Shown here: positions 1 to 7,281 of the stretch, piece by piece
Layout of the letters: every line of letters starts with the position of its first letter
Numbering within the stretch: the stretch's first letter is position 1
NCBI RefSeq assembly: GCF_049969415.1
Contig: NZ_JBMFOX010000032.1
Location: forward strand, 1 to 11,297
DNA length: 11,297 nt
Origin: Candidatus Hadarchaeum sp.
GTDB lineage: Archaea > Hadarchaeota > Hadarchaeia > Hadarchaeales > Hadarchaeaceae
Reading direction: 5' to 3'
Notes under the pieces: generated by a model
The model's input: only the letters and a program-made list of their open reading frames with translations
What the model was told of the DNA's origin: nothing
Database searches by the model: none
Position numbers and translations under genes: made by a program

Positions 1-36
1 AAGGTGCACCGGGTGCACTTCCATAGAAGACGCCCG

Positions 37-300
37 GTGGAAACGAAGAGTCGAAAACACTTGCGGGACTGCTGGAGACAGGGAAATGGTCAAATAAGCT
101 GGATGAGGCCCTGCCCCCGTGAAACCCTCGAGCGAGGGAGGGGAGAAGATGCTCCGGAACATCAGGGCCTACCGCCAGGACTCAGAGCACTTCCTCCGGC
201 GCGGTGAGCTGATAAAGAGCTTCGAGTGCCTGATCTGGCCTAGGCGATTCTAGAACTCGGCATGGAACTAGAGCTACTTAGGACCGAGGCAGGCAAATGA
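37..300 (+). pseudogene. DUF357-family small archaeal protein, frameshifted remnant
   Basis: Joining frames gives LLETGKWSNKLDEALP (69-116), VKPSSEGGEKMLRNIRAYRQDSEHFLRRGELIKSFECLIW (119-238), then *AILELGMELELLRTEAGK* (241-300). This matches the DUF357 pattern NIxAYxxDSxHFLxxGxLxxxFExxxWAWAxLExG as I recall it. It has at least 2-3 frameshifts and a TAG at 241 where Trp is expected. The stop TGA (298-300) overlaps the next ATG (297). The GTG start at 37 is tentative. Confidence 0.75.
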
Positions 301-1052
301 TAGAGTTGATTCTCCTTAGCCTGCTCATCGCTACGGTTTTCTCGATGGTGGGGCTGGTGGGAGGGGTCCTCATCGTTCCGGCGCTCGTCCTCCTCTTCAG
401 TCTGACAACACAACAAGCCGTGGGAGTGAGCCTCTTCGCCGTGATGTTCACGACGATATCAGCGACCCTTACCTACGCTGTGAGAGGCAAAATCAACTAC
501 AGGGTTGGGCTTTTGCTGGATACCCTCGATGTCCCCGGCGCGGTGGTGGGGCGTACCTCACCACGCTGATAGCATCAAGATGGCTTGCAGGATGTTTGGA
601 GGGCTCCTCCTTTTCATCGCGGTTTACATCGCCGCGAAAAGGAATTCCCGCAGCAAAGTTCCCCCGGAGCATAAATTTCCCTGACCTCACGGATGGTCGT
701 GTACTGCATGTCAGGGGGCTTTATGAGCGGGTTGGTTTCCGCGATTTTTGGCGTCGGGGGCGGGATAATCGATGAGGCAGTGATGATACTTCTGCTTGGG
801 ATGTCCATACACCTTTCAGCCGGGAGAGCCATGTTCGGGATGGCCATCACAACCGTTGCGGCGGTCCTCCCCCACCGGTTCTTGGTAAATGTGCTCCTTG
901 GCTACGCCATCCCGCTCACCATTGGTTGCGTGTTGGGTGGACAGATCTGCCCTTACCTCTCCGGGCGCGTGCGGGCGGGCGCACTGAGAAAAATCCTAGG
1001 AGCTGTGATAATTTTCGTCGGGCTGCGGATGCTGCTGGTGCCGTTCCTCTAG
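297..1052 (+). pseudogene. TauE/SafE (TSUP, DUF81) family sulfite-exporter-like membrane protein, frameshifted
   Basis: Two internally repeated halves: SMVGLVGGVLIVP...QAVGVSL and AIFGVGGGII...HLSAGRAM. ORFs 297-569 and 693-1052 join into one ~250-aa protein through AYLTTLIASRWLA (551-589) and MFGGLLLFIAVYIAAKR...HKF (592-678) if one base is restored at ~550 (G run), ~591 (GG) and ~677 (T run). Confidence 0.88.
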
Positions 1053-1066
1053 GTCAAATTTGAGTA

Positions 1067-2105
1067 CTACCGGCCCCTTCCCCTCAAGAGCTTTGGAAGG
1101 AGGAATTTTATGAGTAAGAGCATCAGCAAAAGCTGTCTGAACGTGGCTATCCACTGGACGGGACTCGCGGGATCTATGGGGCCGCTGGGATACAACCCAT
1201 ACTGGTTAAACCAGAAAATTATGATGAAAACGTTCGCTAGTTCAAAGTGTAAAAGAAGGCAGGGACATCACCGGCACCAGCACTAGGAGGGGCAGGAGGA
1301 AGAGGCTGAACTGAGGAGGGAACATATAGGTGCTTGCTAGGAGGGCGGCCATCATCGCCCAGGACTTTCTAAGAAAGTCAGTTTTTCTTGTCAAAACTAG
1401 GGCGGTAAATGATAAGAAGAGCAGGGCCCACGCGAGAGTAGAATGTCTCGTAGGAGCCAAACAAGTATAGCCAGAAAGAGTTCTCATTAACCCTCACGGA
1501 GGTATGGGAATAGCTCCACAGCCAGCCGTTGAAATTGCAGACCATGAATGGGAGATTGAAGGCCAGAAAACCCCTAGAGTTATGCCCGCTATCTGAAAGC
1601 GCCTGGCCCCTCCCCTCCCCTGCTGCATGAACACCGGAAGGAGGACCAAGGGTATGAGTTTGGCCGCCGCCCCCAGGCCGAGAAATACGCTAGAAAGCTT
1701 TGCGCGTTTTCTGAGCCAGAAATAAATCGCGGCAGTCATGAATCCTACGGCGACGATGACCCAATTGTAGTAGACGAACCATATCATCGAGAGGGTGAGG
1801 ACGCAAAACAAGAGGATCCGGTTGGTGTCTATCTTCTTGGCCTTGCAGGTGAGGTAGAGCGAAATGACCGTCATCAGCGCGAAGGGTACATGAGGACAGT
1901 GGTCACGGCGTGGTAGGCGACTTCACTTCCGAAGGAACTCGCGGCCCAGACGATCAGGCCGATGGTGGGTGGGTACTCCAAGTTGTGATCCAGATAAGGG
2001 ACCTTGGGATGACCGGTTCACAGACGCTCCCGCTCCCAGATGTACATAAACTCTGATTCCAAAAGATGACTCCATCATGAGTTTAACGAAGCTAAAGAGG
2101 TATCC
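1067..2105 (-). pseudogene. GT87/DUF2029-type (GT-C fold) membrane glycosyltransferase remnant, 5'-truncated
   Basis: Minus-strand segments read KVPYLDHNLEYPPTIGLIVWAA (EYPP at 1978-1967), YYNWVIVAV (NWD expected), FLGLGAAAKLIPLVLLP, AFNLPFMVCNFNGWLWSY, YMFPPQFSLFLLPLL, and a C-terminus ELANVFIIIFWF...VQWIATFRQLLLMLLL...RGRGR* ending at TAG 1069-1067. There is an in-frame TGA at 2020-2018 and frameshifts near 1885, 1568, ~1450 and ~1248. The 5' limit is approximate. Confidence 0.8.
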
Positions 2106-2165
2106 TTATCGGTCATCAAATTTCCAATTATCTCTGATTGGGATCAACGCCGGGCCGGTTAGGCG

Positions 2166-2172
2166 TATATAT
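2166..2172 (+). promoter_or_regulatory. Candidate archaeal TATA box upstream of mgtA
   Basis: TATATAT lies ~75 nt upstream of ATG 2245 and is the most TATA-like run between the GT87 remnant and mgtA. There is no clear purine-rich BRE, so support is weak. Confidence 0.35.
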
Positions 2173-2244
2173 CCTTCCATCACCAAACTGATGCTCACAA
2201 GCCCTAAATCCACCAAACGTCAGCGCTTATTTGTGGTCGAGGCC

Positions 2245-5214
2245 ATGAATGATAAAACAATCAATGCTGTCAAGAAGGAGAACTCAGGGTCTAAGAACCC
2301 GGAAAAAATCTTATTTATGTCAATAGATGAGGCGCTCGCTCGATTGAAAACCTCTCAGTCAGGGCTCACATCCAAAGAGGCGAAAAAGCGCCTTAAAATA
2401 TACGGATACAACGAACTCGTCAGGAAGAAAAGGACTGCCCTCGCCGAATTCCTATCTCATTTCAGGAGCCCGCTGGTGATCATACTGCTGATCGCCGGTT
2501 TGATCTCCGGCTTTCTTGGAGAGCTGACCAACGCCATCATAATATTCGTGATAGTGCTCCTGAGCACCCTTCTCCTTTTTTATCAGGAGTCTCGAGCCGA
2601 TAAAGCTTCTGAGATGCTCAAGAAGAAGGTAACTACCACAGCGACTGTGCTCAGGGATGGCGTAAAGAAGGAGGTGGACCTCCGAGAGATCGTCCCTGGT
2701 GATATAATCTACCTATCGGCTGGTGACATCGTCCCCGCGGACGCAAGGATCATAACCGCGAAAGACCTCTTCGTAAATCAGTCGGTACTCACCGGGGAAT
2801 CGCTACCAGTCGAAAAAACACCAAATCCTCCTACAACTGAGGGGGCACCCATTACCGAGTGGAACAACTACCTCTTTCTGGGGACATCTGTTGTCAGCGG
2901 CGCGGCAACTGCAGTTGTCGTCAATACTGGGAATTCCACCGAATATGGAAAGATCGCGAGAAGGCTTGCCGAAAGGCCGCCCGAGACGGAATTCGAGAGG
3001 GGACTTAGGAGGTTCGGATTTCTGATAGTGGAGGTCACCTTCCTGCTTGTCCTTTTCGTTTTCCTGATTAACGCCCTTTACAAACGCAACGTGCTGGAAT
3101 CCCTGTTGTTCTCCGTAGCCCTAGCAGTCGGCCTGACCCCTGAACTTCTTCCCATGATAATCACGTTGACCCTCTCAAAGGGCGCGATATCAATGTCAAG
3201 GAAGGGCGTAATCGTGAAGCGCCTGTCGTCCATTCAGAACCTCGGAAGCATGGATGTCCTGTGCACAGACAAGACCGGCACGCTAACGGAGAACAGGATA
3301 AAGCTCGTGCTGCATGTGGACTTGGAAGGTAAGGACAACGACAAGGTGCTCCTTTATTCATTCCTCAACAGCTACCACCAGACCGGACTGAAGAGTCCGC
3401 TCGATGAGGCAATACTGAAGCACGAAGAGATTGATGTGAAAGGATATCAGAAGATAGATGAGATCCCATTCGACTTCTCGAGAAGGCGGATATCTGTCGT
3501 TGTAGAGCGCGAAGGTCAACGTATCCTGATATCCAAGGGGAGCCCAGAAATTCTGACGACATGCTCCAGCTGTGAGTTTGGCGGGAGAATGGTTGAGCTG
3601 ACCAGGGCCTTACGCGACAGGATAGAGCAGAAATATTATGACCTCAGCTCCGAGGGGTTCAGGACCCTAGGGGTTTCTTACAAGATGGTCGGAGAGAAAC
3701 AGGTATACTCGGTGAACGATGAAGCCGGGATGGTTTTCCTTGGATTCGTGGCTTTCATCGACCCGCCAAAGGAAACTGCCAGAGAATCGATCCAATTGTT
3801 GAGAAAACACGGGGTGGATCTGAAGATCATCACCGGTGACAACGAGATAGTCACCAGAAAGGTGTGCGAATATCTGAACTTCGAAATCAGGGGAATCGTT
3901 TTGGGGAACGAAATCGACCAGATGCAGGATGACGCTTTGGCTAGGGTCGTAGAGGAGGCCAACGTCTTCGCTAGAGTTACTCCTGTTCAGAAGGACAGGA
4001 TAATCCTCGCGCTGAAGAAAAACGGCCATGTCGTTGGGTACATGGGGGACGGTATAAACGACGCACCACCTTTGAAGACATCCGACGTTGGCATATCAGT
4101 GGACAACGCGGTGGATGTTGCGAAGGAGTCAGCAGACATAATCCTCCTGCAGTCTGATCTCAAAGTTCTGAACGACGGGGTCATTGAGGGGAGGAAGGCC
4201 TTCGGAAACGCCATGAAGTACATAATGATGGGAACGAGTTCTAACTTCGGCAACATGTTCAGTGCAGCGGGTGCTTCCCTGTTCCTGCCTTTCCTGCCAA
4301 TGCTTCCGACACAGATACTCCTCAACAACTTGCTCTATGACCTGTCGGAGTTCACAATACCCACCGACAACGTTGACCCGGAGTACATAGAAAAGCCCAA
4401 GAAGATGAATGTTGCATTCATAAGAAGATTCATGCTCATCATGGGGCCCATAAGCTCCGTTTTCGACTTCCTGACTTTCTTTCTGATGATACTGGTCTTC
4501 AGTGCGATCGAGCCAGTGTTTCAAACTGCCTGGTTCATAGAGTCCCTGTTCACGCAAACCTTGGTGATATTCGTCATAAGAACGCGGATGCCACCCTTCA
4601 AGAGCAGGCCAAGTAAGGCCTTACTCGTGAGTAGCGTCAGCGTCTTAGGGGTCGCACTGTTGGTGCCCCTGACCCCAGTGGGAAAACTGTTCGGATTTGT
4701 GGAGCCCCCGCCACTGTTCTACGCCTTTTTGGCAGGGTTTGTGGTCTCCTACTTGGCTCTGGTCGAGATAGTGAAAAGGTGGTTCTACGGGAGATACTCC
4801 GCTCTTCTGGAGCAGGTTTCAGCCCCGGCCGAGACCATCCCATACATGGGTAGGACTGCGGTTTTAATCCAAGATATGGTCGCCGTCATCGCCCTTCGCC
4901 CGGAAAGTGAGATGAGCATCGATTCTCTGCTGGAAGATCTGAAAACAGGCACGAGCTATCCCCTCGAACCAGAACGTTTAGTGCAGGGGCTCAACCATTT
5001 GCGACGGGCAGGGGTTATCCGTATAGACTGGCACAAGAGGTTGATCGCCCGTCAGGAGGCGATGAGAGATTATGTGATAAAATATGTGGTTGGAGGACCG
5101 ATGTGGCCAAGGATAGCGCAAAATTGGCGTCGAATGGGCCGCGTGGTGAAATCGAAATACGGGAAAATTAATCCAGATTTTCAAGGTTTACTTGCCCCAC
5201 AAAGCAAGAGGTGA
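2245..5214 (+). CDS. mgtA: Magnesium-translocating P-type ATPase (type IIIB, MgtA/MgtB family) with a C-terminal winged-helix-like extension
   Basis: General P-type motifs: LTGES, DKTGTLT (Asp codon 3268), GDGINDAP. IIIB-specific motifs: AVGLTPELLP, SSNFGNMFS, PFLPMLPTQILLNNLLYD, FQTAWFIES. I prefer ATG 2245 (preceded by GTGGTCGAGG) to the ORF-track start 2077, whose first 56 codons are not ATPase-like and overlap the GT87 remnant. ATG 2191 and ATG 2317 are alternatives. Confidence 0.93.
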   Translation: MNDKTINAVKKENSGSKNPEKILFMSIDEALARLKTSQSGLTSKEAKKRLKIYGYNELVRKKRTALAEFLSHFRSPLVIILLIAGLISGFLGELTNAIIIFVIVLLSTLLLFYQESRADKASEMLKKKVTTTATVLRDGVKKEVDLREIVPGDIIYLSAGDIVPADARIITAKDLFVNQSVLTGESLPVEKTPNPPTTEGAPITEWNNYLFLGTSVVSGAATAVVVNTGNSTEYGKIARRLAERPPETEFERGLRRFGFLIVEVTFLLVLFVFLINALYKRNVLESLLFSVALAVGLTPELLPMIITLTLSKGAISMSRKGVIVKRLSSIQNLGSMDVLCTDKTGTLTENRIKLVLHVDLEGKDNDKVLLYSFLNSYHQTGLKSPLDEAILKHEEIDVKGYQKIDEIPFDFSRRRISVVVEREGQRILISKGSPEILTTCSSCEFGGRMVELTRALRDRIEQKYYDLSSEGFRTLGVSYKMVGEKQVYSVNDEAGMVFLGFVAFIDPPKETARESIQLLRKHGVDLKIITGDNEIVTRKVCEYLNFEIRGIVLGNEIDQMQDDALARVVEEANVFARVTPVQKDRIILALKKNGHVVGYMGDGINDAPPLKTSDVGISVDNAVDVAKESADIILLQSDLKVLNDGVIEGRKAFGNAMKYIMMGTSSNFGNMFSAAGASLFLPFLPMLPTQILLNNLLYDLSEFTIPTDNVDPEYIEKPKKMNVAFIRRFMLIMGPISSVFDFLTFFLMILVFSAIEPVFQTAWFIESLFTQTLVIFVIRTRMPPFKSRPSKALLVSSVSVLGVALLVPLTPVGKLFGFVEPPPLFYAFLAGFVVSYLALVEIVKRWFYGRYSALLEQVSAPAETIPYMGRTAVLIQDMVAVIALRPESEMSIDSLLEDLKTGTSYPLEPERLVQGLNHLRRAGVIRIDWHKRLIARQEAMRDYVIKYVVGGPMWPRIAQNWRRMGRVVKSKYGKINPDFQGLLAPQSKR

Positions 5215-5308
5215 TCTCGTTCACGTGAAGTTTTACCGCGCGCAGCGTGAGGAATTAGGTCACTGAACTTGCTAAATTTACGCAAGGCGACTTAATTTTT
5301 AGCACCGC

Positions 5309-6073
5309 TTACTCGATGATCCGCCTAAAATTCATCGAGGCTATGACGAACATCGTCACATCGAAAAGCGCTATCACGAGCAGATCAAATCCAAGGCCAG
5401 ACAAGTCTCCGCTTATCGTCAGCCCCCTCACGGCGTCCACCAAGTAGCTCATGGGGTTAAACAGCGAAATTTCTCGCAGGATAGGGGGCATCATGCTGAT
5501 CGGATACAACGCATTGCTCATGAAGAAGAGTGGGAAAGTGATTGCTTGACCCAATCCCATGAATCTCTCTCTAGTTTTCATAAAAGAGGCGACGAAGAGG
5601 GACACCGCAGCAAAACCTCCCGAGGCGAAGAATATTATCAGGAAAGCCAAGGTAAAATAAAAAGCGTTGGGTACGAATCTGACCCCCATGAGCAAGGCTA
5701 CCGGGATAATTATCAGTATTTGGAACACGGCCCTGACGCCCGCGGCCATCGATCTGCCTATGACGGTGGCATATCTGGGAGCGGGCGTGACGAGGAGCTT
5801 CTTCAGGATGCCGGAATCTCTCTCCCAGACTATGGTCAGACCGTAAAATATGCTGACAAAAACTGTCGACTGGATAAGAACGCCCGGGGTGATGTAGGCT
5901 ATATAGGACATGCCCCCCGTTGGTATCGCCTTCACGGCGGCCATGACAGGGCCGAAGACGACAATCCACAATATGGGCTGAACCGCCCTGGTGTAAAGCT
6001 CCGTCCTATCGTGCCTGAGTCTTCTGAGCTCCAACTCTATCATGGCGAGCATGTTCCTCAGCGAATCCATCAT
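5309..6073 (-). CDS. ABC-2 type transporter permease (DrrB/NodJ-like)
   Basis: 254 aa with ~6 hydrophobic segments. ABC-2 motifs: QPILWIVVFG, YITPG, ERDSGILKKLLVTP, PLFFMSNALYP, NPMSYLVDAVR. It starts 2 nt after the stop of the ATPase gene. Confidence 0.93.
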   Translation of the reverse strand: MMDSLRNMLAMIELELRRLRHDRTELYTRAVQPILWIVVFGPVMAAVKAIPTGGMSYIAYITPGVLIQSTVFVSIFYGLTIVWERDSGILKKLLVTPAPRYATVIGRSMAAGVRAVFQILIIIPVALLMGVRFVPNAFYFTLAFLIIFFASGGFAAVSLFVASFMKTRERFMGLGQAITFPLFFMSNALYPISMMPPILREISLFNPMSYLVDAVRGLTISGDLSGLGFDLLVIALFDVTMFVIASMNFRRIIE

Positions 6074-6075
6074 GC

Positions 6076-7074
6076 CTACCCCTTTCCAATCATGCGCCTT
6101 ACATGTTTCACATCGCTGATCCTTTCACGCGACTCAAGTCTAGTTCCAGCGTACTTCAGAAAGACATCGTCCAAGCTCGGTTTGGTTACGGAGATTTTCT
6201 CGACAGAGACACCTCCCGCCCTCAAGATTTCCATGATATCTGGCAGGGCTCTTTCGGCGTCCTCGACCACGAGGCTAATTTTAGAATCGCTTTCGGTCAC
6301 ATCGTTTGTCGGGCTCTGCGCCCTGAGTTTGTCCAAGCATTCCCCGCTGATTTTTTCGCCTTTTATCTCTAACTGGACGACTTCCCCACCAACTGAACGC
6401 CTAAGCTCTTCAGCGGTGCCCTGCTTCATGATTTTCCCCTGGTTTATTATGGCTATTTCATCCGAGTAAAGGTCGGCTTCGTCCATGTAATGCGTGTTGA
6501 AGAAGATCGTCGTCCCGTACTCTCTCCTGATGGAGGAGAGTTCTTCCCAGACAACCTTTCTGGCAGAGGGATCCAGACCGATGGTTGGCTCGTCTAGGAA
6601 CAAGATCTTGGGTTTGACCAAAATAGTGCAAGCGATTTCAAGTCTCCTGAGCATCCCGCCGGAATAATTCTTGACGAGGTCGTTTGCGACTTCGCGCAAA
6701 CCCATCTTTTCCAAGGCATCCTCAATGACCGCTTTCCTTTCGTGGGGCGGGATGCCGTAGATCTTGGCGTAGATGAGGAGGTTTTCGTAGCCGCTTATGT
6801 CAGTCCAGACGCTCATCTCTTGGGGAATGTAGCTTATAAGTTTCCTGACCTCGGCACCAGCGCGCGAAACATCTAGCCCAAAAACACGGGCTTCGCCTGA
6901 GGTTGGCTTTATTTGGGTGGTCAATATCCTCATCAGGGTAGTCTTGCCCGCGCCGTTGGGGCCTAACAGGGCAAAAATCTTGCCCTCCTCAACCTGCAAA
7001 TCGACACCGTCCAAGGCCACGACCCGGTGGTCATAGATCTTGACAAGGCCCCTAACTTCGACTGCCAGATTCAT
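6076..7074 (-). CDS. ABC transporter ATP-binding protein, DrrA-like (ABC-2 exporter) with C-terminal DUF4162-type region
   Basis: Walker A GPNGAGKTT, Q-loop YIPQE, signature YSGGM, Walker B ILFLDEPT, H-loop NTHYM, C-terminal KPSLDDVFL. I prefer ATG 7074 because the GTG at 7083 is part of an SD-like GTGAT just upstream of that ATG. Confidence 0.94.
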   Translation of the reverse strand: MNLAVEVRGLVKIYDHRVVALDGVDLQVEEGKIFALLGPNGAGKTTLMRILTTQIKPTSGEARVFGLDVSRAGAEVRKLISYIPQEMSVWTDISGYENLLIYAKIYGIPPHERKAVIEDALEKMGLREVANDLVKNYSGGMLRRLEIACTILVKPKILFLDEPTIGLDPSARKVVWEELSSIRREYGTTIFFNTHYMDEADLYSDEIAIINQGKIMKQGTAEELRRSVGGEVVQLEIKGEKISGECLDKLRAQSPTNDVTESDSKISLVVEDAERALPDIMEILRAGGVSVEKISVTKPSLDDVFLKYAGTRLESRERISDVKHVRRMIGKG

Positions 7075-7083
7075 GGAAATCAC

Positions 7084-7281
7084 AAAACAAATTTATGTTT
7101 GATATGTGGACAATAAACGTTTTTAATTGTTTTGATTTTGCACCTCATCTTATGACCACGAGATTTAATCGACAATTTCGCGTCCGTCAACACCAATTGA
7201 TATCGAGATTTTTTTGCCGGTCGTATACCACAAATTTAAGTTTAATGAAGGATGTTAGGTTGGCTAAAAGGGGGTGTCGCC
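7084..7281. promoter_or_regulatory. AT-rich divergent promoter region (ABC operon leftward, H+-ATPase rightward)
   Basis: Minus strand: AAAAACG-TTTATTG (BRE/TATA-like, 7124-7111). Plus strand: TTTAAGTTTAAT near 7235-7246 and SD-like GGGGGTG at 7270-7276 before TTG 7282. Confidence 0.5.

Noticed and set aside
4-207. 67-aa ORF, plus the near-palindromic GTGCAC pair at 1-20
   Set aside because: The ORF is mostly an off-frame reading of the DUF357 remnant. The dyad is at the window edge with no context to interpret it.
2105-2190. Minus-strand GGTGATGG...CGCCTAACCG...TGATGAC resembling a fluoride riboswitch or C/D box sRNA
   Set aside because: The spacing between GATGG and CGCC is too long, the pseudoknot complement is absent, no CTGA D boxes are suitably placed, and the orientation is away from the transporter.
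2077-2244. 56-aa N-terminal extension of MgtA in the ORF track
   Set aside because: It is not ATPase-like, overlaps the GT87 remnant and contains the TATA-like box. It is more likely untranslated sequence that happens to be open.
5215-5308. Palindrome TTCACGTGAA (5220-5229) and stem CTTGC/GCAAG (5268-5286) between convergent genes
   Set aside because: These may contribute to termination, but they are short and lack a clear adjacent T-tract, so they are not enough to call a terminator.
5546-6469. 307-aa plus-strand ORF
   Set aside because: It lies entirely antisense to the well-supported ABC permease and ATPase genes and has no recognisable domain or RBS.
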